In this document: one piece after another, positions 44,008-53,855 of the stretch | Position numbering within the stretch: position 1 is the first letter of the stretch | How the letters are laid out: each line of letters starts with the position of its first letter | Assembly: GCA_016208715.1 (NCBI GenBank) | Contig: JACQXV010000195.1 | Location: forward strand, 1-57,604 | Source of the DNA: Candidatus Woesearchaeota archaeon | GTDB taxonomy: Archaea > Nanobdellota > Nanobdellia > Woesearchaeales > UBA11576 | DNA: 57,604 bases | Direction of reading: 5' to 3' | Made by a program: the position numbers and the translations under genes | The notes under the pieces: model-generated | What the model saw: only the letters and a program-made list of their open reading frames with translations | Database searches by the model: none | Told to the model about the DNA's origin: nothing

Positions 44008-46026
44008 ATGGAAGTCTCTGAACAGATCCAGCGTTTCGCGAATTTTGTAGAACAGACCTATCATTCTGACTTGTTTGAATCATTGCGTGTGGGTCATGAT
44101 TTCTTGGTGGTTGATTTTGCACTGCTTGCGAAGTTTGATCCTGATCTTGCGGACTTATTGCTTGATGAGCCTGAAGAGGTGTTGAAGGCGTTTGAGCTTG
44201 GGATCAAGACGCTTGATATTCCTGAGTCATCAAAGAAATTCTATGTGCGCTTCTTCAATCTGCCGCAAAGCCAGTCCGTGCGCATCCGCGACATCCGCAG
44301 CAGCCACATCGAGAAGTTTATCATGGCTGAGGGAATCGTTCGTCAGAAGTCCGACGTGCGTCCACAGGTGACAACAGCGCGGTTTGAGTGTCCCAGCTGC
44401 GGCAACATCATCTCCGTAATTCAGTTAGAAATCAAGTTCCGTGAGCCAACGCGCTGCGGTTGCGGGCGAAAAGGGAAATTCCGTCTTATAAGCAAGGAAC
44501 TAGTTGATGCCCAAAAGCTCGTACTTGAAGAAATGGCAGAAAATCTTGATGGAGCTGACCAGCCTAAGCGCATGGATATCTTTCTCAAGAATGACTTGGT
44601 CAGTCCGCTCGGCGACAAGCAGACAAATCCTGGAACAAAGATTCGCGTCAATGGAATGGTGAAGGAAGTCCCGATCCAAGCAAATGATGGTGGAAAATTG
44701 ATTCGTTTCGACTTAATGATCGATGCAAATTTTGTCGTGCCACTGGAAGAAGATTATGGTGAGATCAGTATCTCCCCGAAGGAAGAAGAGAAAATAAGGG
44801 AGCTTGCCAAGGATAAGCATGTTATTGGGAAGCTTGTGCAATCGATTGCACCGTCTATATACGGTCATGATAAGGTCAAGGAAGCTATCCTGTATCAGTT
44901 GCTGGGCGGCGTGCGCAAGCGCCGCGATGACGGCGCCGTCACACGTGGCGATATTCACGTTCTTCTCGTCGGTGATCCGGGTGCAGGAAAATCGCAGATA
45001 CTTAAGCGCGCGCAGCTTGTGGCGCCGAAATCAAGGTACGTTTCTGGAAAAGGTGCCTCAGGTGCAGGCCTTACGGCTGCGGTTGTGAAAGATGATTTTC
45101 TGAAAGGCTGGAGTCTTGAAGCTGGCGCGCTCGTGCTTGCACATCGTGGTTTCTGTATGGTGGACGAGCTTGACAAAATGAGCAAAGAGGACCGCAGTGC
45201 GATGCATGAAGCGCTCGAACAGCAGACTGTGACGATCTCGAAGGCGAACATTCAGGCGACGCTGCATTGTGAGACTACTGTGCTTGCTGCTGCAAACCCA
45301 AAGTGGGGGCGTTTTGATCCGCTTGAAATCATCGGCAAGCAGATTGACATGCCTACGGCACTTCTGAGCCGTTTCGATTTGATCTTTCCAATAAGAGACA
45401 TTCCGAATCGTGAGCAGGACGAGCGTCTTGCGGGCTTTGTGCTGGAGTTGCATCAGAAGAGTGCTGTTGGAAATGTTCCCATCGAAACTGACTTGCTGCG
45501 CAAGTACATCTCTTTTGCACGAAGGACGTGCTTTCCCAAGCTGACAGATAAGGCGCTTGAGGAGATCAAGTCGTATTATGTGCAGATTCGTAATGCGGTA
45601 AGTGGGGAGGGCGCGATGAAGACGATCGCGATCACAGCGCGCCAGCTTGAAGCACTAGTGCGTCTAGCAGAAGCGTCTGCCAAGGCGCGTCTTTCTGACA
45701 AGGTGAAGCGCGAGGATGCGCAGAAGGCGATTGATATCTTGCAGCATTGCATGTCCCAAGTTGGTATTGATCCGACTACTGGAAAGATTGACATTGACGT
45801 GCTGATAAGCGGCTTTTCATCTTCAGCACGCAACAGCATTATCATCGTGAAGGAAGTCATCAATGATCTTGAGACTAAAGTAGGCAAGCAGATTCCGCTT
45901 GATGACGTGATGCTGGAAGCCTTGAAGAAGGGGCTTGCTAAAGAAAAGATCGAAGAAATATTGGAAAAGTTGACGCGCGCGGGAGATGTTTTTGAGCCAA
46001 GGCGCGGAGTTATTCAGAAGATGTGA
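44008..46026 (+). CDS. mcm: MCM replicative helicase
   Basis: Zinc motif CPSCG...CGCG, Walker A GDPGAGKS, Walker B CMVDELDKM, arginine finger SRFDLIF and a C-terminal winged helix. ATG at 44008 preferred over the track GTG at 44002. Confidence 0.95.
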   Translation: MEVSEQIQRFANFVEQTYHSDLFESLRVGHDFLVVDFALLAKFDPDLADLLLDEPEEVLKAFELGIKTLDIPESSKKFYVRFFNLPQSQSVRIRDIRSSHIEKFIMAEGIVRQKSDVRPQVTTARFECPSCGNIISVIQLEIKFREPTRCGCGRKGKFRLISKELVDAQKLVLEEMAENLDGADQPKRMDIFLKNDLVSPLGDKQTNPGTKIRVNGMVKEVPIQANDGGKLIRFDLMIDANFVVPLEEDYGEISISPKEEEKIRELAKDKHVIGKLVQSIAPSIYGHDKVKEAILYQLLGGVRKRRDDGAVTRGDIHVLLVGDPGAGKSQILKRAQLVAPKSRYVSGKGASGAGLTAAVVKDDFLKGWSLEAGALVLAHRGFCMVDELDKMSKEDRSAMHEALEQQTVTISKANIQATLHCETTVLAAANPKWGRFDPLEIIGKQIDMPTALLSRFDLIFPIRDIPNREQDERLAGFVLELHQKSAVGNVPIETDLLRKYISFARRTCFPKLTDKALEEIKSYYVQIRNAVSGEGAMKTIAITARQLEALVRLAEASAKARLSDKVKREDAQKAIDILQHCMSQVGIDPTTGKIDIDVLISGFSSSARNSIIIVKEVINDLETKVGKQIPLDDVMLEALKKGLAKEKIEEILEKLTRAGDVFEPRRGVIQKM

Positions 46027-46035
46027 ATTTGATAT

Positions 46036-46161
46036 GTCAGCATACCACCAATCTATGATTGGTGGATAGTGGTGGTATGCTGAGCATGCTCAAAAGGTGG
46101 CAGGGGTGAGCGAAGCGAACATGCCACCAGTCTTGGACTGGTGGTTCCCTGCCGCCTTTTG
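46036..46161 (+). other. Two strong hairpins directly downstream of the mcm stop (possible 3' structure, terminator or repeat relic)
   Basis: H1: CAGCATACCACC (46038-46049) pairs with GGTGGTATGCTG (46071-46082), with an inner CCACCAAT/ATTGGTGG stem. H2: CAAAAGGTGGCAGGG (46091-46105) pairs with CCCTGCCGCCTTTTG (46147-46161), with an inner CCACCAGTC/GACTGGTGG stem. Confidence 0.45.
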
Positions 46162-46171
46162 ACATTCTCAA

Positions 46172-46408
46172 GGCTCTGTTTGGAATTGTGCTGCTGCCAC
46201 CCTGCGAGCTGAAAGGCCCACCTTGTCTCGTGCGATTCTCGGCTCGTTGTGTGAGCTAAACCTTTGCACATTAATTCGAAATTTATTTAAAATCGGGGTA
46301 GTCGAAGCGACTTCGATGAAGTCGGATGTCGTCCGAAGGTGCTAGCTGACTTTTCAGCTAACAGTGCGCGATGCAGCGGCCGCTGAAAGAGAAATTCCGC
46401 ACAGAGCC
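46172..46408. mobile_element. MITE-like element, diverged A-type termini carrying the long inner module
   Basis: GGCTCTGTTTGGAAT...GCTGCCACCCTGCGAGCTG on the left and ...GCAGCGGCCGCTGAAAGAGAAATTCCGCACAGAGCC on the right. The interior is homologous to the 28364 and 38503 copies. No TSD. Confidence 0.65.
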
Positions 46409-46417
46409 AGAAAGTAA

Positions 46418-46432
46418 GAAAGTTTTAAATAG
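46418..46432 (+). promoter_or_regulatory. TATA-like box (AAAGTTTTAAATAGC) about 27 nt upstream of the ATG at 46454; implies a leaderless mRNA
   Basis: Spacing and composition fit an archaeal BRE/TATA. No Shine-Dalgarno sequence precedes the ATG. Confidence 0.5.
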
Positions 46433-46453
46433 CTCGCGCCAGCAAATTGCCGT

Positions 46454-49400
46454 ATGGAAAAAGGAGGAATCTGCAGCGTCTGCCTGTTTCTCATATATCT
46501 TCTTATTTCACTCCCGCTGATCGCCTCCGTTGTTTCTGCAGACTCGTTTTCTGTCAACATTCATGGTGTTGATGAGGTTGCGGGTTTTCGAAAAAGTAAT
46601 GACGTTACAATCATTAATGCATCCGTGAATATTGCGGGAGATGTTCTCATAGATAGTTCTCAAGTAAAGTTAGTTACAGATCCTACTCGCGCATTTAGTT
46701 GTATTCCTCTGCCCGACAGCTCCGCCTCGTGCTTCATGACTATTCCGCAAATTCTTGCTGGCGGCGTCTATCCCTTTCAGTTTCAGGCGTTCCATGATGA
46801 TTTAACGCCTTCTTCTGCTGTTGCAAGCGCGCAAGTTGTTGTTGATGATTCCCCTGCAAAGCCTGTTGGTCTTGAGATTTCGTTGAAAGGAACAACAGTG
46901 AATGTTACAGTTGGCGCTCTTGATCAAGCGTGCGCCACGTGCCCCCCGACAGCGTGTTCCGGTATTGAAAAAATTGCTTATTTGTCAAATAACGCACAGC
47001 TCAAAGAACAGTCGCTCAAGACAAGTCAGTGTGTTGTTGGAGCGAGCTCGACAATGTTCAATATATCTGTTGGGAAAACGACTGAAAATCGCACGCTTTG
47101 TGTTGAGGTTTACGATCGTCTTGATCAAAAGAGCTCTGAATGTAAAATTGTGACGATCGATGGTTCGCCCCCGTCGCTTGTGAACATGTCGGTGTGGAAG
47201 GGCGAGTCGCTTCTCTCTTTCAGTAGCGGGAAGCCGGAGACTGTCAAGATAAGGGCAATTATCAAGGACGACAGCGGGATTGATGCCAACAGTATGGTTG
47301 CTGATTTTTCAATCATCAATCAGATTCCACAATTCAACCAGCAGTATAAAGCAATTGATAACTCGACACAATACAAAAATATCTATGAAGGTTGCAAGCC
47401 AACGGCAAAGAAGGGGCTCGTTGAGTGCGTGTGGAATAATCTCGTCATGGTCCTCCCTGCCGAAATAGAGCCGCAGGTGCGCCTTGCGTTCAATGACTTG
47501 AATGGGAATCTTCCTGCAGCTATCTACACGTTGCCGGTGAAATTTGACAACGCTGCGCCCAAAGTGCTCAAGATTCGTAGTCAGAGTGTTGATAATGCTG
47601 GAAAGAATTGGGTGGGCAGATACAATAATACGATCACAGCCGATATTGAGGAGACCGGTTCTGGTCTTACCAAGCGCGGGATTGTTCTTGATGTTGCCGG
47701 CTTTGGCTCTCAGCTGACAAACATTGGTCAAGTAACAACCTTGTTTCCAAATAATTGTTCGGTTGGCTGGTCCTGTGTGTGGAATGGTGTGAATGTTACA
47801 TCATCAAAACCAAAGAATGGTGACGTGCTCACAGTCACTATTGTGTATCCTTCGCAGGATGACGCAGGAAATGCCGTTGAAGGAAATACGATCAGCGCGA
47901 TGTACTTGGATCTTGCAGCGCCTTCAATCGTCAATATTACCGGCTCGCAAGTTTGCCCTGTCGCTGGTGAGGATATCAAACTGATAGTAAACGTGAGCGA
48001 GAAAGAGTCGGGTGATGTCAAAGCGACTGTTTCTGCATCTGCGTTGAGTTTAGATCATTTCCCCAGAGAGTTTGAATGCGAAAAGACAAGCGAGGATGGC
48101 AAATGGCTTTGTGAGATCGCGATTGGAAATTTGCCGACGTATTATGCTAAGGATTTCGTAAACATCACTATCTCTGATCTTGCAGGAAACAAGAACTCGA
48201 CAGTATTTCCTCAGGAAGTGTGTGAGTCTGCGCCGGGCATTCCTCCAAACGTAGTTGGTGTATCAAAAGTTGATATCTTTCCGCGAAACGGCGTTGATAA
48301 AATGGTTGCTGAACGGATATCCTTCCCGCTCTTCTTTCAACCGTTCTTTACAACCGCAGGCACTGTTACAAAGATCCAGAAGGTTTCAGTTGTAGGCTGT
48401 GAAATCACCGGGGGCACTGTGAATGACCCGTATGTTGTGACTGAATTTTTGGTTGATAAGCCGCTCATAAGCACGAAGGTCCTCTTCATGCCGGAGGCAT
48501 TCAAGAATGCAAGTGGTGCGGGCGCCCTTGGCGATAAAGCGAAGATGAACTGCAGCACGCGTTTGATTGTTCGTTCAGGAACAAAAGTCTTCAAGGAGCC
48601 GGAAATCGAGAACGTGATGTTTGATGTGCCGTTGCATGGGACGCTGTTTGGTGAGATTACGAAAACAGTGAAGGCCAAGATCGATGCAAAGCAGAGGGAG
48701 ATTGATGCTACGCAAGAAAGCATTGACAGCTTGCAAAAGTGGGTTAATATTCTTGGAACGATGTGCACTGTGGCAGAGATTTTGGCGAAGCTCGTCGCCG
48801 CGCTCGATCTCTTGTATGTGGTTATTTGGGGCGTTTCTTGGGCACTTGAATTGACTGGAATACTTGCTGGCGTCGGCCAAGGATTGTATCATGGAGCGTG
48901 CCAGTTCATGTCCTATGTCACAGGATACGGTGTGCCTACCTTCTGGCAGACAAATATGGCACTGAACCTGCCTAATTCTCTTGAGTCACCTGCCGCGTCG
49001 TCGCCGGGGTTTTGGCTTAAATTAATATGTGCATTTGTGTCGTGCCGTTTGCTTGAAACATCAAACGCGTTTGAACTTATTGCAAACACCGGTTCTGCTG
49101 ATGGGGGCGATTATGCTGAATTTGTTGCAAATGATAAAGCAACAACTCCTGGAAGACCGAACAGGATTGATGTATCAAAAGACAAACCCACAGGAAAGAC
49201 CGGGGATGTCACAGAATCGGTGATTGGATTTTCTGGTCCGGACCTGCTTTCTCCGTACAGAAGCTTGCCTGTCGCGACACGATTGTTCTGCTCGCCAGGC
49301 GAACTCTACGGGCTTAAGAAGGAACGACAAGTGAAATGTATGACGCGCAATTGTTACCGGGACTTTGTAACCGCTGGTTTTTCACCTGCGATTTGCGATC

Positions 49401-49789
49401 GGATGGAGGAGTTACGGACCTGCTTATACGTTGATGGTGCAGCATACAGGATTGTTGGTGACGCGGGGGTTGTCATGCGTTATATGACAGGCATTCTGGA
49501 ATATTGGCTTACGCAGTTCCTTGCTACGTTGGGATCGGTATTTCTTGCAAAATTTACTCGGTGTCCCTGGCCATTGGGTCTCGCACAATCGGGCGAAATA
49601 TCCGCAAAAATACAAATGCCCTACATGTGTACAAGCCCTACGGTGAGCTCCGGCTGGGTTTCTGCCTACTGCAGCGGTGCTATGGCAGGATTATTGTACC
49701 TTGATGTTGGAGATTGGCTTGGAGGAAGCGACTTTAAGTGGAATTACTACAATAAAAAATTAGAAGATCCTGATTATTGTGTACTGTAA
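46454..49789 (+). CDS. Giant secreted/membrane protein (1111 aa): signal peptide, repeated beta (Ig-like) modules, coiled-coil segment, TM helices, Cys-rich C-terminal domain
   Basis: N-terminus MEKGGICSVCLFLIYLLISLPLIASVVSA. About 700 aa of beta-rich repeats. KIDAKQREIDATQESIDSLQKW is followed by hydrophobic helices (ILGTMCTVAEILAKLVAALDLLYVVIWGVSWALELTGILAGV). The last roughly 300 aa contain many Cys. Confidence 0.7.
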   Translation: MEKGGICSVCLFLIYLLISLPLIASVVSADSFSVNIHGVDEVAGFRKSNDVTIINASVNIAGDVLIDSSQVKLVTDPTRAFSCIPLPDSSASCFMTIPQILAGGVYPFQFQAFHDDLTPSSAVASAQVVVDDSPAKPVGLEISLKGTTVNVTVGALDQACATCPPTACSGIEKIAYLSNNAQLKEQSLKTSQCVVGASSTMFNISVGKTTENRTLCVEVYDRLDQKSSECKIVTIDGSPPSLVNMSVWKGESLLSFSSGKPETVKIRAIIKDDSGIDANSMVADFSIINQIPQFNQQYKAIDNSTQYKNIYEGCKPTAKKGLVECVWNNLVMVLPAEIEPQVRLAFNDLNGNLPAAIYTLPVKFDNAAPKVLKIRSQSVDNAGKNWVGRYNNTITADIEETGSGLTKRGIVLDVAGFGSQLTNIGQVTTLFPNNCSVGWSCVWNGVNVTSSKPKNGDVLTVTIVYPSQDDAGNAVEGNTISAMYLDLAAPSIVNITGSQVCPVAGEDIKLIVNVSEKESGDVKATVSASALSLDHFPREFECEKTSEDGKWLCEIAIGNLPTYYAKDFVNITISDLAGNKNSTVFPQEVCESAPGIPPNVVGVSKVDIFPRNGVDKMVAERISFPLFFQPFFTTAGTVTKIQKVSVVGCEITGGTVNDPYVVTEFLVDKPLISTKVLFMPEAFKNASGAGALGDKAKMNCSTRLIVRSGTKVFKEPEIENVMFDVPLHGTLFGEITKTVKAKIDAKQREIDATQESIDSLQKWVNILGTMCTVAEILAKLVAALDLLYVVIWGVSWALELTGILAGVGQGLYHGACQFMSYVTGYGVPTFWQTNMALNLPNSLESPAASSPGFWLKLICAFVSCRLLETSNAFELIANTGSADGGDYAEFVANDKATTPGRPNRIDVSKDKPTGKTGDVTESVIGFSGPDLLSPYRSLPVATRLFCSPGELYGLKKERQVKCMTRNCYRDFVTAGFSPAICDRMEELRTCLYVDGAAYRIVGDAGVVMRYMTGILEYWLTQFLATLGSVFLAKFTRCPWPLGLAQSGEISAKIQMPYMCTSPTVSSGWVSAYCSGAMAGLLYLDVGDWLGGSDFKWNYYNKKLEDPDYCVL

Positions 49790-49794
49790 TTCAC

Positions 49795-50382
49795 ATGGAA
49801 ATGATCACACGCAACAAAATGATAAAATGGGTTTTACTCACGTGTATCCTATTTCTGCTGTTTTCGTTAGCTGTTGCTGCCTCAAAGCGCGAGTTTAGTG
49901 GTTGGAACGTGATTGGACAGGATTTACCGATCGGCAGCGATCACGGCGTTCCAACCACTCCTTGGTATAAGGTATCGCAGTGGGAGGTGAACGTGTGCTC
50001 CTATTATGGAGGAAATGACCCAACAGCATTCATTCAGCCCGGCGCCGCCGGAGAATATTATCATAACTTGATGCTCACATTGCAAGCACAAAAATCAAGC
50101 CCTTTGCCAAGCATCGCCGCCCCATTAAATACGAGAATCTATGAAGTTGCATATTTTATCCAGCCGACGGAGGATGACGAGAGCGTGAACTTTGAGGTTA
50201 TAGTGCGCAGCCGGGATGGTGTTGAAAAATCAATCGCGTCGGGTAGCTCGAACTACGTAAACGGGTATCGTGATTATTATGTTGAAGAATCTGAAACAAA
50301 TTACTCCCTCGCACGACTGCATTATTGGAATCAAAAAGGCGAGGGGACATTAGAAGTAAACTTCATGGAGCAACCGTCATGA
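49795..50382 (+). CDS. Small secreted protein (196 aa), function unknown
   Basis: ATG 6 nt after the upstream stop. Signal-like N-terminus KWVLLTCILFLLFSLAVAAS. The stop overlaps the next ATG (ATGA). Confidence 0.5.
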   Translation: MEMITRNKMIKWVLLTCILFLLFSLAVAASKREFSGWNVIGQDLPIGSDHGVPTTPWYKVSQWEVNVCSYYGGNDPTAFIQPGAAGEYYHNLMLTLQAQKSSPLPSIAAPLNTRIYEVAYFIQPTEDDESVNFEVIVRSRDGVEKSIASGSSNYVNGYRDYYVEESETNYSLARLHYWNQKGEGTLEVNFMEQPS

Positions 50383-51083
50383 AAACCATTCATCGCGAGC
50401 AACGGAACCCTGGCAAGCAAAAAAGTAGAAAAGAACGTCCAAAAAATAAAGTGGTGGCTCTTGCCCGCACATCATGGAAAATTTTCTGGCAAAAGCAAAG
50501 TTTCGTGCTTTTTCTATATGATTTGCTCGGAATTGTACTTGCTGTTGCATTGCTAGTCGGCGGGGCAGTATTGGTAAAGTGGACGTACCTTGGTTTTACA
50601 CCAACCGCGAAGTTGGCATTTGAAACAGCGCAAGCCATCAATGTGAATCCAAACCAGGTGACCGCCTTTAAGGATCAAATTTCAACGATCAAATTGGGTT
50701 TGTACCGCTGGATTGCTGGCATGATCTTTGCCACAGCCGCTATGCTTGTGATCCCGCTCGTGACGTTTTCTGTGTCTTCATTCTTTTCTGCATCAAAATT
50801 GGTAGAGAGCCTGAAGACGCGTCAATCAAGACTTAGCTGGAAACAACTTGGAGGAACTGGCGCATTGGGAATGTTCCTTGGCATTCTATTTTTGTGCATC
50901 TCGCTGCTCACTGCGCTAGTCCTGCGACCGCCAGTTAACGCAATTATTGTCCTGGTCCTTTTCTTTATTTTCGTAGTGTGGTGGCTTGTTGCATTGTACG
51001 AGTTCATAATCACAAAAAGAGTGCTGCATTCCTTGGTGTTTTTTTGGACAGGGGGCTGCAAGGACATTCTTTTTTTGTGTTGA
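50379..51083 (+). CDS. Multi-pass membrane protein (234 aa), function unknown
   Basis: Basic N-terminus, then 4 hydrophobic segments. Translationally coupled to the preceding gene through an ATGA overlap at 50379-50382. Confidence 0.55.
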   Translation: MKTIHREQRNPGKQKSRKERPKNKVVALARTSWKIFWQKQSFVLFLYDLLGIVLAVALLVGGAVLVKWTYLGFTPTAKLAFETAQAINVNPNQVTAFKDQISTIKLGLYRWIAGMIFATAAMLVIPLVTFSVSSFFSASKLVESLKTRQSRLSWKQLGGTGALGMFLGILFLCISLLTALVLRPPVNAIIVLVLFFIFVVWWLVALYEFIITKRVLHSLVFFWTGGCKDILFLC

Positions 51084-51273
51084 ATTGTATTGTTTGTGCT
51101 GGTTTTATTCATGTCAGGGAATGTCATACTCAGTTTAGCAAAACTTGTATCTCTAAAAGCATATGCATTTTTACTGGTGATTTGGATTGTTGCGAATTTC
51201 ATGTTGCTAAGAAGTGTAATTTTCTGCTACTTGCATTTTCATACGGTGAAGATCACACGGTGAGGAGGAGGGT

Positions 51274-53619
51274 ATGAAAAGAAAAAGAAGCACCCTCCGG
51301 ATGATGTCTACCGAGCGCGGGCCGTCGTTTATAACATCACGAAAGTCTCAAATTACAATATTCATTATCATCGGCCTATTGCTCATCGCTGCGTTGGGTG
51401 TCTTCTTGGCGCTGAGGGAGCAAGTAAAAGAAATCGAGCTCCCGGAAGAGCGCGTTGCGAGGGTCCCGCTGCAAGCGAAGCCAATCAACGCTTTTATTGA
51501 ATCGTGCGTACAGTCAGTTGCAACGGAGGCAATAAAGAAAATGGGCCAGCATGGTGGGTACATCAATCCGTTGGAAGAAAAAAATCCCGGCACGGGGATG
51601 AAGTTTGACCCGCAAAATCCCACCGACTCTGACGGGCTAACGCTGGTTGATGACCCTTCAACAGCAGTTGTATATTGGTGGTATTTGAAAACGCCAAACA
51701 ATTGCTTCAACTGCTTGCTGAGTGATGAGCGCGCCCCCGCGATCTCTTCGGTCGAAACTCAAGTAGATGAATATCTCAAGAACAATATCGATGCGTGCCT
51801 CAATAAGTTTGAGAGCTTCAAAGCTGCGGGATTTGCAGTCACAAAGAGGGGAGACCTAGTGGCAAAAACGACGGTGACGGAAAACGACGTCTTGGTTGTT
51901 GTAAGATTTCCGATCACTGTGGCGTTGGGCGCGGAAACGACAGATTTGACTGATTTCGTTGCACGCGTTCCAATCAGGCTAAAAGATATGCTTGAAGTAG
52001 CAACTGCCGTGGCCGACGCAGAGGCAACAGCGAATTTCTTGGAGTACGTTGGAAAGATGCTGATTAGCTACAACAGCGCTCTTGACACATCAAAACTTCC
52101 GCCGATCTACGCCCGTGAGGAAAGTTACGTGCCGAAAATTTGGATTAAACCCTCTGTTGAATCTCAGGTGAAGGACTTGCTGACGAGTTACATCCCGTTG
52201 GTGCAAATCAATGCAACAAAAGGAGCGGCTCCTATCCCTGCCGCCGATCCATTTACGCGAGGAATTTACAAAAGCTTTTTCTTTCCAACACTCAATGCGT
52301 CATTTGTGAATTATTCGGTCAGATTTTATTACTTGGATTGGCCGATCTATCTTCACATCACTCCAAACAGCGGAGGAATTTACGAAGCGAGCAGGGTAAC
52401 CGCAATCGAACGATCGCTGCTTGGTTTTCCTTCAATTGTCACGACAGCCCCAACGCGCGAGTATGAATTTTTTTATGACCTTTCTTTTCCGGTGCTCGTT
52501 GAAGTCAGAAACAACGAAGACCTCTATGGTGAAGGTTTCACGTGGCTTTTTGCACTAGAAGCAAACATTCGTGACAACCGGGGAGTGCGCCAGTGGTTCG
52601 AGGGAAATGGCACATGGGGGCCGTACAGGTATAACTTGTACAGTCTTGGTGCAAAATCAGAAGTACTTCAATCAGACTTTGGAAAGAAGCATCCGGCACT
52701 TGCGCCCAAGACTGCTAAGACACTTTTCTGTAATAGGAATCAATTGCTGAGCGGTAACGTGACTGTTGTGGTTCGTGATGCTGAAAACAAGACTTCCCTG
52801 GTTGGCGTTTCGGTCGTATACTCCTGCGGGGCCTATGCGGGTTGTCCGATGGGAATGACCGCTTTTGATGAAAAAACAAATGAATCGCGCTTTGTTTCCC
52901 CTTTTCCAATATGTATCGGCGGTGGAATCTTAACGCTTAAGAAACAAGGATACGAAACTAAAACGAAGATTGACATTTCAACAAAGCCTACGGTGCCTCT
53001 TGATATTGAAGAAGAGATGCAGCACGTTTATGAAAAAGAAGTTAAAGTCAAGAAACTGCTGCTGAATAGAAATATTCTTTATCGCAGACCATTGGGGGAT
53101 CATGGCAACACGTACATTCGATTCATGCGGTTGTCTGGAGCAACTGCAGACATCAATCTCAATTCAGAAAGCGTAATCCTAACAGTTAGAAGGAGTGATG
53201 GGGATAAATTTGGCCCGCCATCTGCGCAAACGATTGTGTTTGATAAGACTAAGGATGATCCTATCCTGCACAAAATAACGCTCGTCCCGGGAACGTATGA
53301 AGTGCGTACTACATACATCAACATGCAGGAATCAAAAATTCCTCCAGAATACCGCTGTGAAGACGGGGATGAAGATTGTTTTTGGATCCCTGAGCCGCCG
53401 GGGGTTAAGATGGACGCTTCATTGGGTGGAGGTTTAGAGTTGGTGAATAGTACAGGATACTGGATTGTGAGCTTGTCTGATCTCAAGAAGGGAAATGTGG
53501 TGTTGTTCACGATTCTACAACTTCCGCCGCCATTAGTTGTGGAAGACTTATCAGAGTTTGGAAAGCTTGAAGATTATTCCAAACAATTTCGCTCACTGCT
53601 TCAACCAGCATTCTCCTAG
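51274..53619 (+). CDS. Large N-terminally anchored extracytoplasmic protein (781 aa), function unknown
   Basis: GGAGGAGGG Shine-Dalgarno-like sequence upstream. The N-terminus ...SRKSQITIFIIIGLLLIAALGVFLAL is a signal anchor, possibly class III (pilin-like). The remainder is a large beta/alpha-rich region. Confidence 0.6.
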   Translation: MKRKRSTLRMMSTERGPSFITSRKSQITIFIIIGLLLIAALGVFLALREQVKEIELPEERVARVPLQAKPINAFIESCVQSVATEAIKKMGQHGGYINPLEEKNPGTGMKFDPQNPTDSDGLTLVDDPSTAVVYWWYLKTPNNCFNCLLSDERAPAISSVETQVDEYLKNNIDACLNKFESFKAAGFAVTKRGDLVAKTTVTENDVLVVVRFPITVALGAETTDLTDFVARVPIRLKDMLEVATAVADAEATANFLEYVGKMLISYNSALDTSKLPPIYAREESYVPKIWIKPSVESQVKDLLTSYIPLVQINATKGAAPIPAADPFTRGIYKSFFFPTLNASFVNYSVRFYYLDWPIYLHITPNSGGIYEASRVTAIERSLLGFPSIVTTAPTREYEFFYDLSFPVLVEVRNNEDLYGEGFTWLFALEANIRDNRGVRQWFEGNGTWGPYRYNLYSLGAKSEVLQSDFGKKHPALAPKTAKTLFCNRNQLLSGNVTVVVRDAENKTSLVGVSVVYSCGAYAGCPMGMTAFDEKTNESRFVSPFPICIGGGILTLKKQGYETKTKIDISTKPTVPLDIEEEMQHVYEKEVKVKKLLLNRNILYRRPLGDHGNTYIRFMRLSGATADINLNSESVILTVRRSDGDKFGPPSAQTIVFDKTKDDPILHKITLVPGTYEVRTTYINMQESKIPPEYRCEDGDEDCFWIPEPPGVKMDASLGGGLELVNSTGYWIVSLSDLKKGNVVLFTILQLPPPLVVEDLSEFGKLEDYSKQFRSLLQPAFS

Positions 53620-53658
53620 TAGAATAAGAATTGATGAGAAAGAATTAATGAAAAATCG

Positions 53659-53821
53659 GTATTGTTTAGCAGACCTTTAGCAGATCGTTTCGCGGAACGG
53701 CCACGACACTCGCTGCGCACGTAAAACTGGTTAACTAAGTTAGTTAACTAACTTGGAATCGTGCGAGACGAGGTGAATGCCGTCAGCTCACGGGTCGGTG
53801 ACGGCGCCGCCAAACAAATAC
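53659..53821. mobile_element. MITE-like element, B-type termini, inverted orientation, 163 bp
   Basis: TIRs GTATTGTTTAGC and CAAACAAATAC. An exact 8-bp TSD AAAAATCG sits at 53651-53658 and 53822-53829. The core arms are recognisable in reverse complement. The interior holds a TTAACTAAGTTAGTTAACTAACTT palindrome-like stretch. Confidence 0.82.
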
Positions 53822-53855
53822 AAAAATCGGGGAACCGAAAATGGGAGGAGATAAA

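Noticed and set aside
46091-46161. A tRNA gene in the roughly 70-nt hairpin after mcm, and a general scan of all spacers for tRNA or rRNA
   Set aside because: There is no cloverleaf: no T-arm GTTCRANYC-like loop, no D-arm, and the terminal stem is 15 bp rather than 7. No spacer in the window showed tRNA or rRNA hallmarks.
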